Positions 50,402-62,235 of a stretch of 64,000 nucleotides of DNA are shown one piece after another (position 1 is the stretch's first letter; each line of letters opens with the position of its first letter). Both the position numbers and the translations under genes were made by a program. The stretch is from Octopus sinensis (Eukaryota). Below the pieces are notes generated by a model. The model was not told where the DNA came from and did no database searches. It saw nothing but the letters and a program-made list of their open reading frames with translations. The DNA lies in the NCBI RefSeq assembly GCF_006345805.1, contig NC_043013.1, forward strand, positions 620,001 to 684,000. The letters are read 5' to 3'.

Positions 50402-51490
50402 TCATCATCATCATCATCGTTTAACGTCCGCTTTCCATGCTAGCATGGGTTGGACGGTTCAACTGGGGTCTGGCAAGCCCGAAGGCTGCACCAGGCCAGT
50501 CAGATCTGGCAGTGTTTCTACAGCTGGATGCCCTTCCTAATGCCAACCACTCCGAGAGTGTAGTGGGTGATTTTATGTGCCACCGACACAGGTGCCAGAC
50601 GAGGCTGGCAGACGGCCACGCTCGGATGGTGTTTGTTACGTGCCCTCAGCACGGAGGCCAGTCGTTGCGGTACTGGCTACGGTCACGTTCGGATGGTTTT
50701 CTTATGTGCCACCGGCACTGGTACCACAAGGATACAAATTCCATTGATGTTCATCTATTTTGATTTGGTTCGATTTGATTTGATTTGATTCAATTCTCAC
50801 TTGCCTCAACAGGTCTTCACAAGTGTCACAAGAAGGAAGGTATGCACAGGTGGACTGACTACGTCCCAGGTAGGGGCCACGGATTATGGCTTCACTAGTC
50901 TTGCCGGGTCTTCTCACGCACAGCATACTTCCATAGGTCTCGGTCTCTAGTCATTTCCATGGTGAGACCTAACGTCCGAAGGTCGTGCTTCACCACCTCG
51001 TCCCAGGTTTTCCTGGGTCTACCTCTTCCACGGGTTCCCTCAACTGCTAGGGATTGGCACTTTCTCACACACCTATCTTCATCCATTCTCGCCACATGAC
51101 CATACCAGCGCAATCGTCTCTTTTGCACACCACAACTGATGCTTCTTAGGTACAACATTTCTCTCAAGGTACTAACGCTCTGTCGAGTAAGTACACTGAC
51201 ATTACACATCCATCGGAGCATACTGGCCTCGTTCCTCACGAGCTTACGCATGTCCTCAGCAGTCACGGCCCATGTTTCACTGCCATGTAGCATAGCTGTT
51301 CGTACACATGTATCATACAGTCTGCCTTTTACTCTGAGCGAGAGGCCTTTAGTCACCAGCAGAGATAAGAGCTCCCTAAACTTTGCCCAGGCTATTCTTA
51401 TTCTAGCAGTTACACTTTCAGCGCACCCACCCCCACTACTGACTTGGTCACCTAGATAGCGGAAGCTATCGACTACTTCTAGTTTTTCAT
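50400..51490 (-). mobile_element. 5'-truncated RTE LINE (C-terminal ORF, 3'UTR with 3 units, GAT tail)
   Basis: ORF 50895..51500: LEVVDSFRYLGD...RIRIAWAKFREL...LRWYGHVARM...GRGRPRKTW; flanked by TA/CA repeats. Confidence 0.92.
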
Positions 51491-52029
51491 ACACACACAC
51501 ACATATATATATACATATATATATCGATTAGAGGTAGTTATTCTCTGTATAGAATACATGTTGTAGTGTTCAAGAGTTTTAAACTTGACCCAGTAGAGGA
51601 GTAAATGTGATATATGATGGCTGCCCCCTTGTTATCGAGTATGGCCATTGCATGAAGCTTAACTGTTATTGGTGCTAAGATCGAATGTGACTTTTATTTG
51701 CGTTTTAAGACTACAGCCAGCCATTCAGTTGAGACTCACAGCACCATCAACAATCATGAACAATGTTGCTATCGTGCAATGCCTGTGCAAGAAGATTTTT
51801 TTTTAAAGTGAGGAAAGGCTGTGCACTGAGTCAATCCCACTCACTAAGCAACAGCAGCCATAATCCGAAAAGAACAACAAGTCAACATCATAGGTAACAT
51901 CATAGTTACCTTCTCCTAGAAGGATGCCCTAACAAAGGCTAGGAGTCCTTCACTCCCAATGGTTTAGCTGCGCAATTGGGTATTCAGTTCGATTATTTCT
52001 ATGTCCCTGCGCATGATACAGCCTTAAGC

Positions 52030-52455
52030 CTTAAAAAAAAATACACATTTATTGGATGGCCGTTGACTCTCAAAAATTCCTCTGCTCTTTGACGGGTTTT
52101 GTTTTTCATCCTGCAGGGTGTCCAATAAACAGCCTGCTCATGAAATTAATGTACAAGTGGCTGAGTACTCCAGAGACACATGTACCCTTAACGGAGTTCT
52201 CAGGGAGATTCAGTGTGACACAGAATGTAACAAGGCTGGCCCTTCGAAATACAGGTACAACAGAAACAGGAAGAAAGAGTGAGAGAAATTTGTGATGAAA
52301 ACTACATCAGGGTTCGCTGCCTTACCCTGCCAGTGCCTTGTGGAGCTTTAGGTGTTTTCGCTCAATAAACACTCACAATGCTCAGTCTGGGAATTGAAAC
52401 TGCGATCCTATGACTGTGAGTCCACCTCCCTAACTACTGGGCCATTGTGCCTCCT
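52030..52455 (-). mobile_element. tRNA-headed SINE, family C-related composite
   Basis: Head tggcccagtagttagg...ggtttcaattcccagactg; middle shared with 29660-29860; tail shared with 26840-26900. Confidence 0.7.
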
Positions 52456-53199
52456 ATTATAGTGTATATTTACAGTGTACAGGTATTTTACACTGTCAGA
52501 TTGGATAGTGTGCTTGATTAAAGGTACAGCTCTGTATTTATTCCTCTGTCTTTCATAATGTAATTTTTGATATTAGTCACTCCTAACTTAACCTTACCTT
52601 AGAAGGGACACCTGTGGATAAGCAGCTTCATTGGACCTTGCTTTTAGTCCGCATTACTGAGGTATGAGTTATATAATATTGAAGTGAAGATAAGGAACTC
52701 AAAACAGTTTTAAATGCCAAGAGGAGTGCCACTTGTGATTGAAAGCTAGTTTCTTATACTTAGTGATTCCCACTTCATATTCTCAATCATTAAACTGGAT
52801 ACAAAGTGCAGTGCAAGTGATTAACAGATTTAGAATATTTACCCATTACAGATAAGTCTCTACAAATCTAATCACACGTTTCTAGATTTATGTTATTGAT
52901 AACTTGTGATGGAAATTTTTTATTGGTCTCTAAAGTACAATGAGTTGAATACCAACTTGTAGATTAAAGATGAATTATTGTTGTAATGTGAAAAGATAGT
53001 AAATTTCCATCACATTTTCTGAGATTTGCACAAACTTACAAGTTTTGCCCCATAAGGATGAAGAAGCAAGCTCAACTTCTGTAAAATTTGAACTTACATT
53101 GTGCCTTATGTTCTGGCATTCGATGGAGAATATAAGCTGAAGTAGACTTTTCTGTTAAAAAGAAATCAATGATTAATCTGTTATCTTTCACTTGTCTCA

Positions 53200-53430
53200 G
53201 TCATTAGACTTATGGCCATGCTGGGGCATCACCTTGAAGAATTTTAGTCACATGAATTAACCCTAGTAATTATTTATTTTTAAAGCCTGGTACTTATTTT
53301 ATCGGTTTGTTTTGACAAACCACTAAGTTACAGGAATATAAACACACCAGTTGTCAAGTGGTGGAGGGGGACAAACACAGACAGACAGACAGACACACAC
53401 AGACACACACACACACACACACACACACAT
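53200..53430 (-). mobile_element. Family A SINE 3' part with CAGA/CA tract
   Basis: Matches 3140-3350. Confidence 0.7.
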
Positions 53431-53789
53431 TTGACAGGCTTTTAAACAATTTTAACTACTTTGTCACACAATGTTTCAATCAAGCTATTCTAATTACAAT
53501 AAGTTCTTTTGTCTTCTGTATTCAGAATTTCAACTCACAAATGGTCATCGTTTCAACAATTGGGACAGCATTACCAATTCTCAATTTTCTTAGATAACAC
53601 AATATCAAGCTTGAAATCCACATAAAAATTCTTTAAAGCAGCAGCACTTTTCCTTTTTCATTTAACTACTTAAAATTCCTCAAAATATTCAAAAGCTGCC
53701 CAGCTTCCATTCTGCTGTGAAATTATTAATTTCACTCAGTTCTGCCACATTTTCTCAATTATCCAAAATGCTGTGCAATTGGTCTGGCA

Positions 53790-54415
53790 CACTTGTGCCA
53801 GTGGAACATTAAAAGCACATCCGAGCGTGGGGTGTAACCAGCTCACTTATGAGTACCCTTCATTCATTGGACGATAAACTTTGCTTGCGAAGACCTACTG
53901 ACGCAAGTGAAATCAAATCAAAATCGCTGACGTTGCCGATGACAGTACCGGCTGATTGGCACTCATGCCAGTGGAATGTTGAAAGCACATCCGAGCATGA
54001 TCATTGCTAGGGCCACGGATTGGCTCCCGTGCCAGTGGTACGTAAAAAGTACCATTCGAGCGTGATTGTTGCCAACATCACCTTACTGGCACGTGCTGAT
54101 GGCAGGTGAAAACAACATTTGAGCATGGTTGTTGCCAGTGCCGCAGGACTGGCTCCCATGCAGGTAGCACGTAAAGAACACCTTTCGAACATGGTCGTTG
54201 CCAGAACCGCTTACTGGCCCTCATGCCGGTGGCATGTAAAAGTACCCACAACACTCTCGGAGTGGTTGGCATTAGGAAGGGCATCCAGCTGTAGAAACTT
54301 TGCCAGATTAGATTGGAGTCTGGTGCAGCATTCTGGCTCACCAGCCCTCAGTCAAATCCATGCCAGTATGGAAAGCAGATGTTAAACGACGACAACAACG
54401 ATGCTGATGATGATC
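53790..54415 (+). mobile_element. RTE 3'UTR copy with 5 repeat units plus one upstream unit
   Basis: Repeated (g/a)tgcc(a/g)gtgg.acgtaaaa motifs, terminal aagggcatccagctgtagaaac and GAT tail. Confidence 0.85.
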
Positions 54416-54675
54416 CTTGTCTGTGATATTGTATGAGTTGAGACAGGAAGAGGTTTTTTTTAAGCATCTCTCACAACTGTGTACTTGAACTGAAGGTATT
54501 GAACATTTTCTTTATTGTGCCAAAGGATTTATATAGCTCCTTTGCAGTCTTCAGCTTAATCTGTAACCATGAGAGTCAGACTTGCAGTTTCCATTTGCTT
54601 TTAATTCTTTAGCAATCACATTACTTTGTCAAATGTAATGTTTATTGATTCACATTGTTTTGAATTTATCAGGAA

Positions 54676-55484
54676 CTAGCAGTATCACCCACCGTTGCTT
54701 TAGAATTGGAATTTTTGAAAAGTAAAAATTTTGCATTATGTAGCTTGTTATTCTCTTTAAGTGAACATTTTTCTGGTTGAAATACACGAAAAATGGCGAC
54801 AGTCAAAAAGATCGTAAAAAAATTGGGATTTTCATAGAAAAAAAGCACCTTTTTGATGTAAATAATTTTTGGTGTTAACATGGTCCAATTTGAATTTTTT
54901 CTTCTACGGAAGGAAGAGCAAGCCTTCTTCTATCATACTCTCAATTTTGGTCAACTTGCGCCGCAGGGTCTCGGAGGAGATAGTGTTAGTTGAAGGCTAC
55001 CAAAGCTGCCATACACAGACAACTTCAGCTTTATATATATAGATAATTGGTATGTGTTCACAAAGTCCAAACGATTAATACGAAAAAACCCTCCAAGCTA
55101 CATCCCGAAAATTCATTTCTTTGCTGAATTTCTACAATGTTTACGGTGATTCGTTTTTATATCTTGATTTTTTATTTTTCATGCAATTTACGCATGCTTG
55201 CATGCGTGGTGAACACAGTTCACATCAAACAGCTGACTGAGTAAAGTTCACTATTCAATGCATGGGATAAGGCCTAAACAAACACATTATCGATTTTTGC
55301 ACTTGCGAGATGAATTTCAGAACAGAATAGCGCAGTCCAATTTTCATTCGCCTAAACTTTAAGTGACCCATTTTTGGTGGTTCTACAATTTGTTGGCTAG
55401 GAGGAGATGTGCCGGGAAGTTAAACGCACAGACACACACACAGATACACACACAGACACACAAGTTGAGTTTTATATATATAGA
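54676..55484 (-). mobile_element. Non-autonomous Helitron-like composite with two 5' termini and one 3' terminus
   Basis: Minus strand A^TCTATATATA starts at 55484 and 55043; single CTAG^T end at 54676 with a degraded subterminal GC hairpin. Confidence 0.65.
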
Positions 55485-57699
55485 TTATCTTGTAGATTCA
55501 AGATTTCAATGATGTGAATGTTTCTTTTTTTAGACTGACATTGTAGGATAGTTGTGAGAGGCCAGATCTGGCCTGTTTGAACATAAAGTAAGTACAATAT
55601 TTTGGCTGGATATGATTGGGTCTAAATGCTAAAGTGTTAAGGTAACCTATAAGCTGCTGTAATTCTCAACCATATTGGCAGTTATTGTCATGTATATGGC
55701 ACACACAGTCTTTAAAGTTTAGATTTAAACTTATTAAGATGTCTGGGATTCTCTCTGCAATTCGACATCCAGTTCTGGTAAATTCAGGAAATGCAATAAA
55801 ATGCAAGAATATTTTTTTCAATCAATGGCGGTTGAAAAACTATTATTGTTTCTCTTCCTGATTCTAAACAAGAGTTGTTATTTATGGAAATAATCAGATG
55901 TTCCATGAACAACAACTTCAAAATCCTTTGCAGATTTTATGTCTTCAATAATGCTCTTTTTCCAAAATGATCCATTTTGTTTAAAGAATTATTTTTTCAA
56001 TATTATCTGACAGGTGCCGTATTTGGATCCTCATTTCATTCTCCCGTATCATTCTGTACATGTGTTATTTGTTCAGATAATTCAGAATCATATTTGTACA
56101 GTAAGCTCTATAAGACCCTCATCACCCCCTCCAAATTCCACCAGAGCTATTGCCAATTTGTTCAGAAGTACCACTGGAAGCAAGCCACACTATCTGATAA
56201 AAAAAATAGGATGATATCAAGAATGTGATGAAGCATTTTCTTCCATTTATTTCTTCAGCCATGATCTCATCAACAATATAATCATCATTTGATGTTAAAA
56301 TGCTGCTCCTTGCTGTCTTATTTGCTTCTTCCTCTGCGTTATGGTTGACGCTGTGTGAGAATGGCATTACTTGGAGTCTGTTCCTTTAGCTTCCTTCAAT
56401 CTTTCTTTCCTGTGTGACTTGGTTAATTCCCACATTGTACTGGACGAGACATCATCTTTTGTGAACAGCTCCAATAAGTCAAGTAACCACAGTTACTTTT
56501 GAAACGATACTCTGCCAATTCCATTCCTTTTCTGATAAATTCATTCAGTTGGCATCTTGCATGGCATTCTGTGATGTGAAGGCTTTTCCAGCTGTAAAAC
56601 CCTTTTTTCATGGTTATCAACATCAATTTTCACTTGGCAATTGTGCTTCCACTGTTTTCACTATCAGCTTATAATCATTTTCTTTGAGAGTATTGTCCTC
56701 TGTAAATGTAGACAGTCCTAGTCTAACAGCCTGATTTTTCAAGATCAATATGGTTGTTCTGTGTATCGCATTGTTGATGATAATGATGTCTGGTCAGGAA
56801 ATCAGTCATTGATTTCTACCTTTTGATGGTTTCTTCTTCTAAATTGGCAGGTGTTCTCTTTGCTGCGTCACTTTATATTTTTCATTGTTTCCCCCAAAAG
56901 TGATCTGAAATGGAAAAAAAAAAACAAAAAAAACAAACAAACAAAAAAAGAAGAGAAAAACTGACCAACAAAACCCGAATCAATGTAAAAGTGTAGAAGC
57001 CTCTGCTAAATAAAACCAGTCTCAGGGTGTGTAAGTGTAAATCGATGTAGGGTTGATTTTAACAGTGTTCTACGACCAAATAATTGGAGGAATAAAACAA
57101 TTCGCCTGTTTATCCATCTTTCCCTCCTGCCTTCCTTCCTTCCTCCATCCCCCCTCCACCCCCACCCCCACACACTTAACAGAAAAACTATCCTTTTCCA
57201 CTTTCATTTTTATATAAAATATCAAAATTTCTCCTAATCTTATATTTTAGGAAATTTCACAATGGGTGCTCCAGCAATGACCATCCAATTGTGTTATGAC
57301 ATACAACTCTCCCCTCCCCTATTCTGTTTAAAATTGGTTTCACACAGGTATTAAAATGGATGTTAGATAATGATACAGTTAAGTAATGCCATGTGCTCTT
57401 AAGAGCTGGCAGGTACAGAAAAACATGACAATTTCTCTTCATTATTGGAAGTGAAAAATCGTGTCTGGTTTGTGGATGTTGTGAAACAAGTCAAACTGAG
57501 CAAAAGTGATATCAAGAGTTAAATCTGTTGGTGCTAAGCTGTCTCTGAGATGAGGAATAACCATGAGACCAAAGATGTAGCATTTAGACTAGATACAGAA
57601 GATAGAGCAGAGACACCAGCAATGAAAGAGACTGTATTACAATCAAAGACCATAAACCAGACTTTGTCTCTAACCCCAAAGGAAAACTCTGAAAGTGGC

Positions 57700-58195
57700 C
57701 TGATGAGCGAACAGCTGATCAAAAAGATCAATAAGAATATTAGGAAGGCCCCTGTCCTTCCTCTCTGGTGCAACATCAGTGAGGTCATAGCATGGTTTAA
57801 ACCCAATAGCAGCAAGAGTAGAGCGAGGTCCAACCAATTTGATTTTGGAGATTTTTACCCATTTATATCAAGGGAGCTTCTGTATAAAGCTGTGGATTTT
57901 GTTAAGGGCATATGCTGAGATTCGAGACAAGGACATACATATTGTCATGCACACCTGAAGAACCTACTTTTTAGTCTATTGATCCAGATGGATCCTTTAA
58001 CATAGTAATGCATGAATTCGATAGTACTGTCATGTGTGATCTTGTTGGTTGTTTTAGTTCTGAATTTACTTAATAAGAAATTCCTTTCAGCTAGCTTTGG
58101 CCTCTACAGAGATGATGTTTTGACAATATTCAGAGGGACAAGTGACCACACACTCAATAGGCTCAGGAAAGATCTCACCACCACTGTATTCAGAC
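57700..58195 (+). pseudogene. Decayed Penelope-like RT (LYRDD type)
   Basis: INKNIR...W.NISEVIAWFK...QFDFGDFYPFISRELLYKAVDF; CDLVG; FGLYRDD..TIFRG.S...LNRLRKDL; frameshifts and stops. Confidence 0.7.
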
Positions 58196-58283
58196 ACTAA
58201 CACACACACACATGCATGTATGTATCTATGTAAATATATGTGTGTGTGTATATTCATATATACATACATATATATATATATAT

Positions 58284-58349
<66 letters not shown>

Positions 58350-59560
58350 CATCATCATCATCATCATCATCGTTTAACGTTCGTTTTCCGTGCTAGCACG
58401 GGTTGGACGGTTCAACCGGGGTCTGGGAAGCCAGGGGCTGCACCAGGCTCCAGTCTGATCTGGCAGAGTTTCTACAGCTGGATGCCCTTCCTAACGCCAA
58501 CCACTCCGCGAGTGCAGTGGGTGCTTTTTACGTGCCACCTGCACAGGTGCCAGGGGGGTCCGGCATCAGCCACGATCGGTTGGTGCTTTTAACGTGCCAC
58601 CGGGATGGAAGCCAGCCAAGGTGGCGCTATCGGCCATGTTTGGATGGTGCTTTTTATGTGCCACCAGCACTGGAGCCAGTTGAGGTAGTGCTGGCATCGG
58701 CCCCGTTTGGATGGTGCTTTTTATGTGCCACCAGCACAGAAGCCAGTCGAGGCGGCACTGGCAACAGCCACATTTGGATGGTGCTTTTTATGTGTCACTG
58801 GCACAGGTGTCACAACTACTATTTCCATTGATATTTATTTCGATGCTCATGTACTTGACTCAACAGGTCTCCTCAAGCACAGCAGGATGTTCTGAAATCC
58901 AAGGTACTTTGAATGGGCAGGGGCTATGCGGAACTGGTGCAGGAAGCAGCCCAGGTCTTTGCAGTCACAGCATATCTCCAGAGATCTCGGTCCTTCGCCA
59001 TTGCCTCAGTGAGGCCCAACGCTCTGAGGTCATGCTTGACTACCTCATCCCATGTCTTCCTGGGTCTACCTCTGCCCCGGATTTCTTCAACTGTTTGGGA
59101 GTGGCACTTCTTCACACATCTCTTCATCCATCCGCAGTACATGACCATACCATCGCAAGCGTCGCTCTTGCACACCACATCTGATGCTTCTTATGTCCAG
59201 CATTTCTCTCAGGGTGCTTACACTCTGTTGTGCATGCACACTGACATTACACATCCAGCGGATCATGCTAGCTTCATTCCTTTCAAGTCTACGCATGTCC
59301 TCTGCAGTCACAGCCCATGTTTCACTACCGTGAAGCATGACAGTTTGCACATATGCATCATACAATCTACCTTTCACTCTGAGTGAGAGACCCTTTGTCG
59401 CCAGTAGGGGTAGGAGCTTTCTGAACTTTGCCCAGGCTATTCATATTCTAGTGGTGACACTCTCTGAGCATCCACTTCCACTACTAACTTGGTCACCCAG
59501 GTAGCGGAAACTATCAACTACTTCTAGTTTCTCCCCCTGGAATGTGATGGAATCTGTTTT
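58350..59560 (-). mobile_element. 5'-truncated RTE LINE, subfamily ending VTAKTWAASCTSSA, 5 UTR units
   Basis: FQGEKLEVVDSFRYLGDQ..., LRWYGHVLRM, GRGRPRKTWDEVVK; (CAT)n tail at 58349-58371 on +. Confidence 0.9.
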
Positions 59561-61262
59561 CGTTGACTTGGAGAAAGCCTTTGACAGGGTCCCTCGATCC
59601 CTTATCTGGTTGTCAATGAGGAAACTAGGGATAGATGAATGGTTAGTGAGAGCTGTGCATGCCATGTACAGGGACGCTGTTAGTAAGGTGAGGGTTGGCA
59701 ACGAGTACAGTGAAGAATTTCGGGTGGAGGTTGGGGTCCACCAAGGCTCAGTCCTCAGCCCCCTCCTATTTATCATAGTCCTCCAGGCAATAACGGAGGA
59801 ATTCAAGACAGGATGCCCCTGGGAGCTCTCTATGCTGACGACCTTGCTCTAATTGCTGAATCACTATCAGAACTCGAGGTGAAGTTTCAGGCGTGGAAGC
59901 AAGGATTAGAATCGAAGGGCCTTAGAGTCAATCTAGCTAAAACCAAAGTCCTAATAAGTAGGAAGGTAGACAAATCTCAAACACCTTCAGGTAGATGGCT
60001 CTGCTTGATCTGTAGAAAAGACGTAGGTAGGAACTCTATAAGATGCACCAAGTGTAAGCTATGGACACATAAGAGGTGCAGCAATGTCAAAGGAAGGCTA
60101 ACTAGGAAGATAGTTTTTGTATGTGGCAGATGCTCTGGTTCAATAAAGACTGAAGATGCGCAGAGACCATCTTCCGCCACATTCCAGGGAGAAAAACTTG
60201 AAATAGATGATAGTTTCCGTTACCTAGGTGACCAAGTCAGTAGCGGGAGTGGGTGTGCCGAAAGTGTAACTGCTAGAGTAAGAATAGCATGGGCAAAGTT
60301 CAGAGAGCTCTTACCTCTGCTGGTGACAAAGGGCCTCTTGCTCAGAGTAGAAGGCAGACTGTATGATGCATGTGTGCGAACAGCTATGCTACATGGCAGT
60401 GAAACATGGGCCGTGACTGCTGAGGATATGCATAAGCTCGCAAGAAATGAAGCCAGTATGCTCCGATGGATGTGTAATGTCAGTGTTCATACCCGACAGA
60501 GTGTAAGTGGCTTGAGAGAAAAGTTGGACCTAAGAAGTATCAGATGTGGTGTGCAAGAGAGGCGTCTATGCTGGTATGGACACGTAGTAAGAATGGATGA
60601 AGATAGTTGTGTGAAAAAGTGCCACACCCTAGCGGTTGAGGGAACCTGTGGAAGAGGTAGAACCAGGAAAACCTGGGATGAGGTGGTGAAGAATGACCTT
60701 CGCGCTTTAGGTCTCACCGAGGAAATGACCAGAGACCGAGACCTTTGGAAGTATGCTGTGCGCGAGAAGACCCAGCAGGACACGTGAGGCCATAACCCAT
60801 GGCCCCTACCTGGGACTTAGTCAGTCCACCTGTGCATACCTTCCTTCTTGTGACACTTGTGAAGACCTGTTGAGGCAAGTGAAAATCAAACCAAATCAAA
60901 ATCGATGAACATCAATGGAATTTGTATTTTTGTGGTACCAGTGCCGGTGGCACATAAGAAAACCATCCGAACGTGGCCGTAGCCAGTACCGCATTGACTG
61001 GCCTCCGTGCTGTGGGCACATAACAAACACCATCCGAGCGTGGCCGTTCGCCAGCCTCGTCTGGCACCTGTGTCGGTGGCACATAAAATGCACCCACTAC
61101 ACTCACGGAGTGGTTGGCGTTATGAAGGGCATCCAGCTGTAGAAACACTGCCAGATCTGACTGGCCTGGTGCAGCCTTCTGGCTTCCCAGATCCCCGGTC
61201 GAACCGTCCAACCCATGCTAGCATGGAAAGCGGACGTTAAACGATGATGATGAGGATGATGA
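59561..61262 (+). mobile_element. 5'-truncated RTE LINE, subfamily ending VREKTQQDT, 3 UTR units, GAT tail
   Basis: FVDLEKAFDRVP, GVHQGSVLSPLLF, LYADD (one frameshift near 59825), ORF to stop 60787, 3'UTR, (GAT)n. Confidence 0.93.
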
Positions 61263-61278
61263 TATATATAATACATAC

Positions 61279-61321
<43 letters not shown>

Positions 61322-61967
61322 TAGATGTATATGTGTGTATATTTGTGTTTATGTTCCTTTCTCTCTAAATATATATATATATATAGTAAACTATGGTTGC
61401 AGAACAGACAAATATAAGGTCATCCACGTAACATATCACATCTCGAACATTTAATCACAGAATACTTTTTCTTACACACAGAATATAGATGGATAAAATC
61501 ACAGAAGATGAAACATAATTCATTGATACAAGCATACAAGAGAAATGTGTGAGTAGAGTCTATCGTGATTAAAAATTAATAATTAAAGTATTAATTATAA
61601 TTAAGATCTAAACTGTTAATATATAAATGCGAAAGAGATAGTTGAATAACTGTAAACCTTACTTTAGGGCCAGCCTGTGTTTGTGAGTGTGTGTGTGTGT
61701 GCGTTGAGAAAAAGGAATGTTTCCTTGTTCATATATATGAATTGGATGTTTTTTGCTTTGTTTAGAAGAGGAGAAAAATATTTTGTTTTTTTTTGAAGAA
61801 GTGGGGAAAAGAGAAAGAAAAACAAACAAGGGGTAAAATAGACACAGAGAGAGGTTTCATTTCAGTTATATTGTTTGTTTATTAGAAAAGAGAGTAAGAA
61901 GAAAAAAGAAAAAATTAGGGGAGTAGGACATTGAAGAAAGAGAAAAGAAATTGAAGGATGAAGAAAG

Positions 61968-61968
<1 letters not shown>

Positions 61969-62017
<49 letters not shown>
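61969..62017. repeat. (GATA)n microsatellite
   Basis: Direct reading. Confidence 0.95.
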
Positions 62018-62235
62018 GAGACAGACAGATTTCATTTCAATTTGATGTGGTCAACCCATTGAAGTTTCATCACAAAGCATTTTATTCTTTTTTTCTCTTC
62101 CTCCTCTTCCCCTCCTCCTTGTACCAACATAGTTGTAAAAAAAAAAGATATTTTCTCACAAGGACAAGGTAACCAAGATATCAATTTTACAAAGTAGGAG
62201 AGAAAGATGAAAAAAAAAATTTTTGTACATTATTG

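Noticed and set aside
51600-52010. RTE 5'UTR-like segment linked to the 50400-51490 copy as one deleted element
   Set aside because: Resemblance is from memory only, and a microsatellite plus unrelated DNA separates the two pieces.
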